From NCBI GenBank assembly GCA_965112155.1, contig OZ218101.1: 64,000 nt of DNA, one strand, 5' to 3'. Source of the stretch: Podarcis liolepis. Lineage: Eukaryota. Under the pieces are notes generated by a model, which was not told the origin of the DNA, did no database searches, and was given only the letters and a program-made list of their open reading frames with translations. Below are positions 21,201 through 34,400 of the stretch, one piece after another. A program made the translations under genes and the position numbers. How positions within the stretch are numbered: the first letter of the stretch is position 1; each line of letters starts with the position of its first letter.

Positions 21201-24200
21201 GCAGCCCCAGACCCCCCCCCCGCGCCCCCAAGCCGCCCTCGTCCTGCATTTCGTCCCCTTGGCTGGAAAGGACAGGAAATGACCGCAGCTCCGAAACACG
21301 CCGGCAGGAATTCTGGTGCCGGAGCAGGTGGCCGGAGTCCAGAAGCACCAGCCCAGCCCTGAGGGGAGGAGGGCAGGGAGGGAGGCTGCCCAGATTCACC
21401 CCTCATTTCAGCCTTGCTGTGGAGGAGCCCTGGGGTGGGGGTCAGAGTGGGGGGGGTGAGGTCTGCCCATCAAAGGAAGAAGCCCCTTGCCCAAGCAGCC
21501 AGCCTCCTTCCCTGGGGGCAGGCGGCTTGAAGCGGGGGCTGTGCAACGACCCCCAAATCCCTCTAGGGAGCCCAGGGTCAGGCAAATGGGGGGCTTCCTT
21601 TTCCTCTGGTCCTGAACTTGTTCCCAGTCCTCTGAAGCAGCCACAGCCACCCCCCACCCCCTCCACCCAGTCTGGTCCTCAAGGCTTGAAGGGATTTGGG
21701 GTGGCAGGAAGGATGGGTGGGGTCTGTGATGCCGGCCAGGGTCCCCTTCTGATCTCTTCTACAGGGGAGGCAGACTCTTCTTCCTCGGAGCTTTTTAAGT
21801 GGAGGTTGGGCGGCCATCTGTCAAGGATGCTTTAGCTGAGATTCCTGCCTTGCAGGGGCCGGACTAGGCGGCCCTTCGGTTTCCGGGCCAGTGGTTGCTT
21901 TTCTCCCCTGGGATGGTCCCATCTGCTTGGCCCCTCGCTGCTGTCCCGGCTGGGGCCTGGGGGCTGCCCCGTCTTCCTGGCTCAGATCTCCTTTTAAGGC
22001 CTGGTCTTCCTCTTCTCCTGGGCTTGGCTCAAGAAGAGTGAGCTCAGGGAGGGAGGAGGGATTCCTGCGCTCCCAGACTCTCCCAAGCTGCTCCTGCCTC
22101 TGGCACTCCCAGCCCTGACCAGGTGCCCCGGACCCCTGGAGCTCTGCCCCCTGGCCAGACTGGCCCCTCTCCTGCCCTGGGCACTGAACAGGCCTCTCTC
22201 CCTCCCTGCAGTGATGACCACGGCTTCAGTCCCCTGCACTGGGCCTGCCGCGAAGGCCGCTCCAGCGTGGTCGACATGCTGGTCATGCGAGGGGCGCGCA
22301 TCAACGTCATGAACCGGGGGGACGACACCCCGCTGCACCTGGCTGCCAGCCACGGCCACCGGGACATTGTCCAGAAGGTAGGGGGGACCCCACAGGGAGG
22401 GGGCTGCCCAAGGCTCCCAGTCGTCCCCACCCCCTGCTTCCCCACATCCTCCTCTGGGTCTTAGGGCGCCCCCTGCAGGGAGAGGGAAGAAGGTGGCCGC
22501 CTGGTGAATCTCACCCCCCCCCCCCGAGGGTGGGTGAATTTCACTTTGTGGGGGTCTTTTGGAGTGGGATTTCCTTCCCCAGCCCACCCTCTGTCTTCTG
22601 GCCCTGCTCAGCTGATCCAGTTCAAGGCCGACATCAACGCGGCGAACGAGCACGGGAACACCCCCCTCCACTACGCCTGCTTTTGGGCCCAGGAGCCGGT
22701 GGCTGAGGTGAGGGCTGCTTTGGCAGAGGCACGTGGGGCTGCCGGGTCTCTTCCTGCCGCTCTGTTCAAGCAAATTCATATACCCCCAATTCAGACAATT
22801 TAAAACTAAATGAAAGCCCCCTAATAGGAGGGCAGTGGTGCCCTGTGGGGAGTGGGGCTGGTGGAAGACCTGGTGCCCCGTGGGGAGGGGGGCTGGGCAA
22901 GAAGGGCTGCTGTGGGACGATGGTCTCACCCTCCCTGTCCTTCAGGACCTGGTGGCCAGCGGGGCTCTCGTCAGCATCTGCAACAAATATGGGGAGACAC
23001 CCCTGGACAAGGCCAAGGCGCCCTTGCGGGACTCCCTGAAAGGTGAGCGCGGCTCCTGCCCACCCTGCCTCCTTAATTCCCTCCCTGCTCAGCGGCTGCC
23101 TTCAGCTACTTCCCCCCTTTGTTTCGGGTCAGACGTGTTGTTGTCGTCTAGTTGTGTCCGACTCTTCGAGACCCCCTGGACCAGAGCACGCCAGGCCCTC
23201 CTGTCTTCCACTGCCTCTCACAGTTTGGCCAGACTCAGCCTTTGGGTCAGACTCCATTTGCTAATTTGTTTAGAGCGTTTGTCCGCACTTGTTCAGCCAA
23301 GCTGTCTCCCCGAGTGCATTATGTGCAACCCATGACCTGGCTTCTTCTCCAGCCTGCCTGACCTCTGCCTCTTGGGCGCCCTCCTTCTGCCTCTGATTCT
23401 GGATCCCGGCTGACTAGACCCTCTTACCTCTTCCCACACCTCCTCTTCCAAGTCTCCTGCCTCTGACCACTCCTCACGTCTCACCCTGAGGGCTTTGATC
23501 CTTCTTCCCTCGGGTTCCCCTGCTGGTTCCTGCCACGCTTCCTCTGCATCTTCCTGGCCCTGCCTGTTCAGTGAGTCTCCAGGTGCTGAGGGGGGGCTCT
23601 TTCCACCCCCTTTCCACCTGCGCAACATCCCTGTTTTCTCTCCCCGTCCCCTCCAGAGCGAGCAGAGAAGTTGGGCCAGAGCCTCACGCGCATTCCCTTC
23701 AAGGACACCTTCTGGAAGGGCACAACACGGACGAGACCTCGTAAGAGAGCTGCAGGAAGGGGGAGAGCTGGGAGCCGGGGGGGGGGCAGAGGGGACTCTC
23801 CTTGCCCAGTGGGTTGGGTGATGGGGGGTTCCTTCTGCTGGCTGCGCCTGGCTGACGGTCTCCTCTTTTAGGCAATGGGACTTTGAACAAGCTGGCTGGC
23901 ATCGACTTCCGGCAGCTGACCCTGGGACACAAGCTCAACGAGAACCAGTCTGGAGAGGTGGGGGCCGCTCCTTCCCCCCCCCCCCGCCCCCCCATATACT
24001 TTGCCCACTCCCCTCTGACCTTCCGCCTTCTCCACAGCTCTGGGAAGGGCGCTGGCAGGGAAACGGCATCGTCATCAAAGTGCTCAAGCCCCGAGACTGG
24101 ACGACCCGCAAGAGCCGCGACTTCAATGAGGAGTACCCCAAGCTCAGGTGGGTGGGTGGGGGGTCCCGTGGGGCTGCCCCTGCCTGCCCACGTGAGCGCA

Positions 24201-25973
24201 GGCGGTGGGTGGCTGGGCTGCTTCCTCCACTCGCCTCCTTTCCCTTGGCAGGATCTTCTCCCACCCCAACGTGCTGCCGGTCCTGGGCGCCTGCCAGTCT
24301 CCTCCTGCTCCGCACCCCATCACCCTCACCCACTGGATGCCCTACGGCTCCCTCTACAACGTGCTCCACGAAGGCACCAGTGAGTCTCGCTTCTCATGCC
24401 TCGCCCTGCTTCCAAGGGGCACCCAGGGGCCTTGCTGGGGATGTGGGAAGGGACCCCAGGGATCTAGCCCACCCCCAGGCAACGCAGGAATCGTTTGCTC
24501 TCTCTGTAGCTCTCGGGAGGGAACAGCGCGCTTTCTGGCTGCCTTGACCTCTTTCCAGGCCTAAAGTGCGTAGATGGCCAGAGCCAGAAAGGGTTTGGGG
24601 GCCTGAGTGGCCCCTGTCCAAGAGCCTCGTGCCGTTCTTGCACTGGGGCCCCTGGCTTGGGCAGCCTGAATCACAGGCAGACCCTTGGAAGCCCTCCCCA
24701 CCCTTCCGGACAGGGCTCAGGAGCAAGCGCTGACCCCAGCAGAGGCAGGCTCCCCCCCATATTTGCCCCCCCTGCTCTCTCTCCCCCTGCAGACTTTGTG
24801 GTGGACCAGACGCAGGCCGTGAAGTTTGCTCTGGACGTGGCCCGGGGAATGGCCTTCCTGCACACCCTGGAGCCCCTCATCCCGCGCCACTATCTCAACA
24901 GCCGCAGCATCATGGTGCGTGGGGGCCCTTTCTGGGGTTCAGGGGGCGGGTGGGGTCTCCAGGAGGCTGAGCTCCCCGTTGTGTCCTCCCTCCCCCCACA
25001 GATCGATGAGGACATGACGGCCCGGATCAGCATGGCAGACGTCAAGTTCTCCTTCCAGTGCCCTGGCAGGATGTATGCGCCCGCCTGGGTGGCGCCGGAA
25101 GGTGAGTGGCGCCCTGCCCTCCGCGGAGATCCAAAGACGAGCCCGCTGGATCGGGCCAAGGGGGGTGCGCCACGTGGCCAACCAGATGCCCCTAAGGGGA
25201 GCCCACCAGCAGGACCCAAGCACCAGAGCCAGTCTCCCCTCCTGCGACTGCGGGGGGCAGAGCAGTCACTGCACTAAGAGCTGTTCCACAGATCTCCCCC
25301 TGCCCCCCGAACTTGTCATCTTTTCTGGCTCTTATCCTTAGTTTCATTATATTTTATTGCTCAATGCAGAAAAATACCTCAAACTGAAAAGCACTCCGGG
25401 GGGGGGGGGCGTTCCTGCGAGTGCCTCCGACCACTTTGCCACACTGGCCTCCTCTGGCCAGCAGCAGTCGGGGCTGACCCCTAAGCCCCCCTGGGCTTGC
25501 CTGGGGGGCCGAGTGCAGGCAGAGCAGCTGCCCTGCTGGGGAGGGGTCCCCCTTCAGCTCCCCCTTCCAGCGACTGCATTTCTGCAGCCCCTCTTTGCTC
25601 CTGCAGCTCTGCAGAAGAAGGCAGAGGAGATCAACCGCCGCTCGGCCGACATGTGGAGCTTTGCCGTTCTGCTGTGGGAGCTGGTGACGCGGGAAGTGCC
25701 CTTTGCTGACCTCTCCAACATGGAGATTGGCATGAAGGTGAGGAAGGGGCACCTTGGACTAGGGTTGGACTAGGCGACCCTTGGGGCCCCATCTGAGCTT
25801 CTTCTTCTTCTTCCTCCTCCCAGGTGGCCCTGGAAGGGCTGCGTCCCACCATCCCCCCAGGCATCTCCCCCCACATTTGCAAGCTGATGAAGATCTGCAT
25901 GAACGAGGACCCAGCCAAGCGCCCCAAATTTGACATGATCGTCCCCATCCTTGAGAAGATGCAGGAGAAGTGA
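21079..25973 (+). CDS. ILK: Integrin-linked (pseudo)kinase, 452 aa
   Basis: Exons 21079-21167, 22212-22377, 22612-22707, 22946-23042, 23657-23740, 23872-23957, 24038-24147, 24252-24379, 24793-24914, 25002-25101, 25607-25737, 25824-25973 (1359 nt). [12 protein letters not shown] start, ankyrin repeats, DVKFSF pseudokinase motif, ends ILEKMQEK*. Confidence 0.97.
21770..21885 (+). mobile_element. CR1 LINE 3' tail fragment
   Basis: TTTTTAAG..GAGGTTGG..GGCCATCTGTCAAGGATGCTTTAG...ATTCCTGC.TTGCAGGGG..GGACTAG. Confidence 0.6.
23136..23237 (-). mobile_element. Short 5'-truncated BovB (RTE) 3' end
   Basis: Reverse complement of the BovB tail seen near 41670-41762; flanked by GGGTCAGAC direct repeats at 23126 and 23244. 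Confidence 0.8.
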
Positions 25974-26331
25974 GGGGAGGGGACGTGCTCTGAAGCCCCC
26001 CCCCCTCCAGCCTGCCCACAAGTGCCTTGGGGAGGCGCTGTTGACAGGAAGCGCCACTTCCTTGCTCTTGAAACAAAACGGTACAGAAGGAGCCACCGCC
26101 TTGCCCCCCTCCCCTTTCGGGGCAGCTCTATTAGGGGGGGTCCCTGCTGTAAGCTGCCCCGGCCTTTTAAGCTCCCCCAGCAATGCTGCGCTGCCTTCCA
26201 CAGTGCCTAGCACCCCGTCCCCTCAGCGCACATCAGCAACGTCGCCTCGCACTCGGAGCCCACCGCCTGCCTCTGCGCTGCACGGTTTTTATCTTTTCTA
26301 TGCAGGCCCTGGCCCAAGCCAGAGGGCTCAA

Positions 26332-26346
26332 AATAAAGTTATTAAA
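26332..26346 (+). terminator. ILK polyadenylation signals AATAAA + ATTAAA
   Basis: AATAAAGTTATTAAA about 360 nt after the stop. Confidence 0.75.
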
Positions 26347-27989
26347 GGAGACAGTGGTCACTGCAGCCTTTGTGGGGTGAGGGGGACACAGCCGGCTGCC
26401 CCAGCTTCCCTGGTGGGCCTCGGCTGAAGAGGACGGTTGCCCCAGTCCCTCCTGCCATTGCCACCCTCTCACCCGGGAGCCCGGTCCATGCCCAACGTAC
26501 GACAGTCTACTGTGGGGAGGTGGCTGTATTTGGGTTCAACTCCCATCAGGTGCCACACTCTGGCTGGTCTTCTGTTGCCCTCAACTGAAACCGGCCTTTT
26601 CCTCTTCCGTCTCCCAATGCCATGGCAAATATGGGCCCAACCCTCTTTCAGACGCAGCTCAGAAGGGGAAGTGCAGAGCTGGGAAAAGGACCGGCAGTGG
26701 CAGCCGAAAGGCTCAGCGGGCAGCAGCCTTCCTCCCGGTCTCATGCCCAGCACATGTGGGTGCTTTCGAGCAGGATCAGGTCGCTGCTCCAGCACCAGAG
26801 GCAACGTGCCTCTGGGCTCCCCAGCTGTGGTGGGTGAGATAGGCCTCTCGCCGGAGCCAGCAGCACGCTTGTGGTTTTCCTTGTAGAGTAAGTTTCCCTT
26901 CTCCACAAGTAATCTCCTCCACACACCTTCTCGGGGGAGAGACAGAAGGAGAAAACCAAACGACCCATTGGAATGGGAGAAAGAAAGCAGAACAGATGCA
27001 ATGGGTGCGGCCGGGGTGTGTTCTCATTGGCATCAACTGAGGCCACCCTCTGCGAGCTGCAACGCCCACCGCCATGTTGCAGTTAATGTGTGGTTGGTGG
27101 CCGTGGTCACAGGACAGGGGAGGCTCTGAGGCCGCTGCTGAGTCACGCAGAGCCACTTGGCTGCATGCGGGGGGGGCGGGGGCTGTTTCGCACAGCTCCA
27201 TGCCCTCCTGAAGTGTTTTTGCCTAGTGGAAAGAACGGTCAACTGTGACCGTGCTTGACGGGACAGAGAGGGACTTTGTGTGTGACTTTTGGAGGGCCTG
27301 GACTGTCTCCTGCCATAGAAGGGTAGGAGTCACACCTGCTGCCCAACATACCACTGCCATCCCCCTGCCCCAAAGTCCCCCTTCTCCAATAGAATGGTTC
27401 AAAACCTGTGGGGCACTGGAAGATCACTACAGCAAATCCAGATGGGGGGGGGGGGGTTGACCTTCAAGAGGCCAGTTCCCTCTGGTTTCCCCAGCCCAGC
27501 ATAAGTCACCAAAGAGAAAAGCTGCTGAGCTGGAGCAACTGAACCCCTGACCCTGGAGCAGTCAAGCTTTCCACCCATCTCCTCCCTGCAATTCCTAGCT
27601 GTTTTGCTCCTGGATCAGGGCCAAGCGGGCCCACCAAGTCCAGCAACTTATTCTCTTGGTGGCCAGCCGGATTTCCCCACAGGGGAACAAGGAAGCAGCA
27701 CTCAGGCACCAGAGCCCATCTCCCCTGGTGTGGCTTCCTGCAAGTGGCCTTCAGAAGCCGCGCTGACCTTGGCTTCCCCACACATCACAGGCAATGCTGG
27801 ACGAACTTCGCTGTCCAGGAACATCACTGCCCTAGCGCCTGCCCAGGCCATTCCCATTCTCTGGAGCATGTGCAGAGGGCAACGAAGATGACCTGTTAGG
27901 TATGCTGAGCCTGGGGAAGTGAAGACTCAGGAATCAGAGACTCTTACGAGCTGGAAGGGATCCCAAGAGCCATCTCAAAGAGAAGAACA

Positions 27990-28130
27990 ACTACCAGACT
28001 TTTAGAAGACATCTGAAAACAGCCCTGTGTAGGGAAGCTTTTAATCTTTGATGTATTTTAGTATTTTATTGGAAGCCACCCAGCGTGGCTGGGGAAGCCC
28101 AGCCAGATGGGCAGAGTATAAATAATAATG
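27990..28130 (+). mobile_element. L2-type LINE 3' end
   Basis: ACTTTTAGAAGACATCTGAAA...GTGGCTGGGGAAGCCCAGCCAGATGGGCAGAGTATAAATAATAAT; the same tail recurs at ~17594 and ~18263. Confidence 0.55.
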
Positions 28131-28436
28131 TCAGAAAGTTTTTTCTGGGTTGGACTAGATGACCCTCGGGGTCTCTTCCAACTCTAAGATTCTATTAAAT
28201 ATCTCTGTCTTTGCCTTTACCTTACACACGCACCACAGGAAATGCTGGATGAACTTCCTTGGGTGTCCCAGGAATGTCATGCCCAGGCCAGCCAAAGACA
28301 TCTTCATTATCCCCCCAGGTGTTCTGGCACACCTTGGCTTCAAACACCCCCCCCCCTCTTTTATCAGAGCTGCTCCCCTCCTCCTCCGATGCAGAGGGAG
28401 CGACAGGCAGGGCAGGGAGCTCAAGAAAGGGAGAAC

Positions 28437-28442
28437 TTTAAT
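28437..28442 (-). terminator. TAF10 polyadenylation signal ATTAAA
   Basis: TTTAAT on the plus strand, 60 nt after the stop. Confidence 0.55.
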
Positions 28443-28501
28443 GGTACAGCAGCCAAGAGGAAAGAGAAGCAGTCCAAGAGCGAATCCAGGGGGTTGGGCA
28501 G

Positions 28502-29331
28502 CTAAGTGAAGTAGTGGGGCTTCTTGACGTTGATGCCGTACTCGGAGAGCGCGGGCGCAAGGTCCTCCATGGTGAGGGTGTACTTCTTGTCCTGCAGTGG
28601 GGGAGGGGAGAGGGAGGGGCGTCAGCTGGGCATCCCGCCTGGGCACCCCAAGGGAGAGTTGTGGAAGGGGCCCCCTGTCAGGGGGGCATTTGGGGGACCT
28701 CACCTTGCTCTTGTTTCGGGAGCTGCCAGAGGCCGTCCCCTTCATCTTGCAGTGCTGCAGAGCGTCGTTGGCAATGTCGGAGATGAACTTCTGGGCGGCC
28801 AAGGAGATCAGGCGGATGCTGGAAGGGGAAATCAGAGGAGGGATGAGGGGAGGTGTGGGTGAGCCCTGGGATGGGGCCCTAAGAGCCACACGGGGCCCCT
28901 AGAGGAAGGGGCAGTCTATCTGTCCTGGGGACGTGGTCTCTCCCCCCCACGGCTGCACTTACATGCGCGGATCGGAAGCTTCGAAGCCAGCGCGGTTCAG
29001 GTAGTAGCCTGTGACGGCATCTGGGATCTGGAAGGGAAGCACAAGGGGGACGGTTCAAGAGGGAGATGCCACCAGGGGCCGGCGAGGCTGCCGGGGGCCG
29101 GGCGGGGAAGGGGGCCTCACCGTGGGCGTGTAATCCTCCAGCTGCAGCAGGAAGTCAACCAGCGGGGCGCTGGAGGCGGGAGAGGAGGCCGGGGCGGCGG
29201 AGGCCGAGGAGGACGAGGCGGCGGCGAGGGCGACAGGCTTTGAGTCCCCGTTGGCGGCCGCTCCTGGCGGCGCGAAGATCCCGTTGGGCACCGAGGGCGC
29301 CGCCTCCGCGGGATGCGCCAGCAGTGAGGAC

Positions 29332-29363
<32 letters not shown>

Positions 29364-29810
29364 GGAAGAAGAGGAGGAGGAGGAGGCACCTGCGGGGAGA
29401 GAGAGAGGGATTTAGAGAGGGACCCTGGGCGAAGGGAGGGAGGGAGGTGCCCCTCCCCCCACTGCCCTCCCCTCCCCCCACTGCCCTCCCCCCATCTCCC
29501 CCCACTGCCCCGCCCCTCCCCCCACTGCCCCTCCCCCTCCATCTCCCCCCACTGCCCTCCCCTCCCCCCACTGCCCCTCCCCCTCCATCTCCCCCCACTG
29601 CCCTCCCACCTCCCGCCCCTCCCCCCCATCTCTCTCACCGGCCCCTCCGGCTCCGGCCACGGCCGCCACGAGCCCCGGGCTGCCCTTGGCGCTGTCTCCC
29701 CCGGCGGCGGGGAGGGGGACGGGGACGGCCGGGCTGAGGTCGGGCTCCAAGCCGCCGCCGCCGCCTCCTCCTCCTCCTCCGCCGCCTCCGCTTCCCCCGA
29801 TGGCGCTCAT
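28502..29810 (-). CDS. TAF10: TATA-box binding protein associated factor 10, 236 aa
   Basis: Exons 29810-29639, 29389-29121, 29027-28963, 28818-28704, 28591-28502 (711 nt). Motifs [59 protein letters not shown]. Confidence 0.95.
29450..29630. repeat. C-rich/G-rich minisatellite in TAF10 intron 1
   Basis: Tandem imperfect units CCCCCCACTGCCC(C)TCCCC(CTCCATCT). Confidence 0.85.
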
Positions 29811-29889
29811 GGAGTCCCGGGCAGGCAGCGTCGCTCCGAGCAGCTTCTGCGCAGGCGCCGCGAGCCCGGCCGAGAGGGAGGGGAAGAGG

Positions 29890-30350
29890 GTCCCGGAAGT
29901 GGAGGGGCGGGGCCTGAGCGGCGACCGCCGCTTCCTTTTCCGGGCCGCTCTTCTACGGCTTCCACGCAGACGCCACTTCCGCTCTCCTCTCCGGGCGGGG
30001 CGGGGCTGCGGAACTCCCGGCCACGAGAGAGGCAGCCGCCCCGGGCGGAGTGGGCCAAGCCCCGGAGGAGGAGGAGGAGGAGGAGGGGCGGGCTCTCGGC
30101 CGGGATGGCCGCCCGGGCGAGGGGATCGGGGGGGGGGGCCCTTTGGGCGGAGGCGGGGGCGCGCCTGCCCTGCTGCTGCTGCTGCTGACGGGGCGGGACT
30201 CGAGCAGCAGCATGGGGAAGCACGGAAGGGGTCCCGACCCCGACCCCCCTTCGGGGTTCAGTCCCCTCCGGCAGCCACTGCGGGTGGGCCTGGGCGAGCC
30301 GAGGCCGAGTTTGAGAGACGCGCCCGGCCGAGGCCAGAAATAAGACGCCA
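29890..30350 (-). promoter_or_regulatory. TAF10 CpG-island promoter
   Basis: CCGGAAGT at 29893-29900, GGGGCGGGGC at ~29904 and ~29997, CACTTCCG at ~29974. Confidence 0.7.
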
Positions 30351-30372
30351 CAGGACAGCTCCAAAGTCTTGA

Positions 30373-30378
30373 TTTATT
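30373..30378 (-). terminator. Likely TPP1 polyadenylation signal AATAAA
   Basis: TTTATT on the plus strand, ~1.1 kb after the TPP1 stop, at the edge of the TAF10 CpG island. Confidence 0.6.
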
Positions 30379-31489
30379 GCTCTGCGTTTGCATTCACACC
30401 CATGAACCCGAGACGCCACAAATCTGTTGTTTAAAAGAAAGGAATCACAACCCTAAGTACTGGTAATTGCATTTAGAATTATCAAAGCTGAATATATAAA
30501 TCCATTATTGGAGGAAGAATATCCGTATTTCCACATTAAACGCTCTAGTGCAAATTAGGGGGTGGGAGTGGGGAAAGCAGGGCTGCCTCCATTGACCTTG
30601 GAGCAGGAGGGAAAGAAGGGGGGGGGGCTGCCTGGCAAAGATTTCCAGGCAATGGAGGCACTGAACTGGGCTCCCTCCACCCAAAAATCCCCCAACCTGC
30701 AAATGGTGCCCAAGTAGTGCTGGCAAAGCAGTTCCTGCAGGTGGGACAGGATCGGGGCCAGGACCCAAGCCAGGCCTTCTGCTTAGGGGGCAGCTGTGGC
30801 ATAGAGGAGAGGGACTGAGCTGGCGCTGCATTTTGTGCGCCCCCCATGAGTGGGTCCGGGAGACACAGCGCCCACAGAGGGAGGGCAACCCCCACCCTCG
30901 CTCCAATGAGGTAGTTTCCAGTTGGAGCTTGTGAAGAACTGATCAAGAGCATTTGGCTATGGAGTTAAGTGTCGTAGGGGCAGGACTTCACCCTGAGAGA
31001 GTATGGGGAGGGGGGTACATCAGACCTTTAAGTGCAGAAAGGCACACCCTGTGAGCCCTCCCCCTACCTGATTTGCCAGTAATGGGACTGCTCTTGTGTT
31101 GCTGTAGATGCAAAGTTCTCACATTGGCTAAGAGAAACACCACAACCCTTTCCACGTCAAGGTATTTCACACGCAAAACACAATTTAGACTGTTAGCTTT
31201 TAGTTGCACCTTCTCCCGACGTACCACTATAGATTTACAGAGATGAATGTTTGCATATTTCTGCTTCCACTGTCTTTTCTGTTAGGCTAATGCACACTTT
31301 TTGGTTCTGCAGGGGAGGCCCTCTGAAATGCCCCCTGCCTCCATCTTGCAGCCTGAGATTCCCAACCCACACACGCCTTCCCCTGAGCAGATGTGGCTTT
31401 GGCTGCTGGACACCAGGCAAGACCTCTCAGCTCCCCCCGGCTGTTGAGTGGCCAAGCGCCATGGATGTCTGCAAGTGTGATGTGGCCGC

Positions 31490-34400
31490 CTAGCCCAGCA
31501 GGGCAGACAGGAGCTCTGGGTAGTTTGGCGTCCCCCAGCCGGTGACGGGATCCCAGGAAGGAGCTGCGCAGAATCCTTGGCCCTGCACAGTTTCATCTAG
31601 GCACGAGTAGTGGCAGCCCGTGGTCACCTGGGAGGAGGAGAGAGGAAGAGCCTGTCGTCAGGCAGAGCAGCCCCAGAAAAAGACCCCCCCCTTTGCCCCA
31701 TGTGGCAATGCTGCTGTGTTGCGTGCCACACCCCACACACCGCTGGCAAAGCCAAGGACCAAGCTGCTTCAGCAGGATGCGGCCCCTTCCCACACTCACG
31801 TCATAGAGGGCAGTGCTGTTCCCCTTCTCCTGGAGCCGGTAGAGGGCGGGGTTGAGGAAGCCCAGGGGGGGCTGCCCTTGCTGGAGGCGCCGGTCGTTGA
31901 TCAGAGCTATGATGCCCCCCACCACAGGAGTCGAGGCCTGTCGGCGGAGAAGAGGCAGAGTGAGGCCCAGCACCCCAGACGGCCCTGCCCAGGAGCGGGC
32001 CCCAGGCGGGCAATGCTCAAGAGCCTCACCGAGGTGCCGGAGACCCAGGGCATGGGGATGCGGTTGGACACCACCCAGTAGTTGTCGGAGAGAGCAGCCA
32101 GGTCTGGGTAGGCTCTGCCCGTCTTGTTGTAGTAGCTGGGCGGTGGCAGCTTGGAGGTCGTGCTCAGGAACCGCTTCACAGCTGTTGTCTGTTGAGGGAG
32201 AGACGAGAAGAGGAAGGAGGCAGCGCTGAGACGGGTCCTGGGTGAGGGATCCCAAGTCCCACCCACCTGGCAGGATCTTTCATTTCTGGACTCTCGGGGG
32301 GGGCTTGGCAGCCCTTCAGGGTGAGCTCCTGCGCTTCAAAATTCACCTCTTCACCACAGTATAAGCCATTTATGCAAATGTCCACAATTTTAAAGAAGGC
32401 TTGTGGCAAGGAGTTCCATAGTGGATCATGGAAACCCCCAAGGGCCCAGGAGCTGCAGACTGAAATCTGCCCTGATGGGTCAACAGATACCTGACTCTGC
32501 CGGAGCCAGCAGGGAGCCAGGATGGCACCTTGCGAGTGGCAGGGGACTCACCTGGTACTTGGGCATCGGGAAGACATTGCTGAAGCCTCCCCCGCTGATG
32601 GAGTCCGTGACCTCGGCACCGACCAGGAAGGGGTGCTGGAACGACGTCCCCCCCACTGTGGTCACGTATGGGCTGTGGGCACAGCGAGGCAAGGCGTCAC
32701 AAAGGGTCCCAGCCCCCCAGGATGACTGCCAAGACAGGCAGCCCTCCAGCAGCTCCCCGTGTGGCTGAGGGTGGCAGAACGCAGCCCCCCTCCCCAAGAA
32801 GACTCTGCTTCCGTCCAAGGGCAGGTGGCAGAAGGAGGGCTCCCCTGCCAAGCCACAGGCCTAACCCAGTAAGGCTGCAGATCTGCTACAGAATCCCTGC
32901 ATTTTGGGAAATGCGCAAGTGGCTCACTGCCCTGGTTTCAGAGAAGGGCTTGGAAAGACAAGCGCAGGTCTGCATAATGCTCAGGGGGAAGGGGAGGGGC
33001 CAGGCCTCTGTGAGTGTGTCTGGGTCAAGGACCCCCTTCGCCAGCCCCACCTGCCCCTCGCGGCGCCTTCCTCTCCTCTCACCTGGAGGCTGGGAAGCTG
33101 GGCCGGAAGGTGTGCTTCCCTCCGTGGACTGACCGGCAACCTGCTCCAGAGTCACCTGCAGGGAAAGGGCAGCCAAAGACCTGGCCAGTTGGTGGCGGCA
33201 CTTGCAAGCCACTTTCACTCCCTCCCCAAACATGCTGACCTTCCCCCCCCCCCCCGGCTCTACCCTTTCAGGCACACCATGGAAACTGCTTTAGCGGCCT
33301 GGGCAACCTGCTCTGTCGACAGCAACCTGAATTTTATTGCCTTTTTGAAATTTTGCTGCTACACTATTTTATTGCCATTACTGTTTTATTCTATACCATT
33401 GATTCTATGTTTGATGTTTTTAATTACAGTGGTGCCTCGCAAGATGAAAAGAATTCGTTCCGCGAGTCTTTTCGTCTTGCAATGTTTTTCGTCTTGCGAA
33501 GCACGGTCCGTCGCAACTGCGCCTCTTCAAGCGGCTTTTTAAAAAAAGTGCAAGACGTTTTCGTCTTGCAAAGCAAGCCCATAGGGAAATCGTCTAGTGA
33601 AGCAACGCAAAAACGGGAAACCCTTTCGTCTAGCAAGGCATTCGTCTTGCGGGGCAACACTGTATACGTTTGGAAAACTGCCTTGCAATTGTTTTTGAAA
33701 TTAACCAGTGAGGTAAAAATACTTCAGATGAATACATTTTATAGTAAATGTACCAAAGCAGCCCTACAGCACAACATTAAGGGATGTTTAAGCAATACTA
33801 TGAATTAAAATAAGAAACCCTGAAAGTGCTTTAACACACAATATAAATCACAGCCTAACACCACCAGCTTGCCAAGGAGGACAATAAAATGTCCCAAGTC
33901 AACATAAATCTTGCCCCTGCCTTCGTCCCACAATACAAGGCAGGCAGACCCACCACTGAGAAGATCTTCTGACTGGAGGAGATGTTCACCCAGCCAACAA
34001 AGTGATAGCCAGATGCATCTCCCTCCTTGGAGTGAATTTCAAAGGCAGGTGCCACAACCAAGAAGGCCCTGCCCCTCACAGGTTTCCCTTGACGGCACAG
34101 TCACGCAGAGCGGGAGGAACATGGAGGCCAAAGTGCCATCAGAGACAGTTTTGTGTTTCGAGGGAGGGGCACCAAAGGGTTCAGGCTGCCTCTGCCTGCC
34201 TCCACCTACCTGAGGCAAAGAGGATGCTCATGCCTCGCGCGGCTGCCTTCATGAACTCCACATTGACCCGCTCCATGTACGCCCGGGACAGGCTGTCCTC
34301 GTCGTCGCCGTAGCTGACTGTGTGCACCCAGGGCAGGGCAGACATGTTGCTGAGCACAAGCAGCCACTGCAGGAAAGGCTCCTGGCTCTCGTGCCTCCCT

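Noticed and set aside
23340-23600. Pyrimidine-rich block in an ILK intron resembling an LTR remnant
   Set aside because: No termini or TSD identifiable; cannot support a call.
26469-27201. Minus-strand ORFs between ILK and TAF10
   Set aside because: No recognisable domain and no consistent splice chain.
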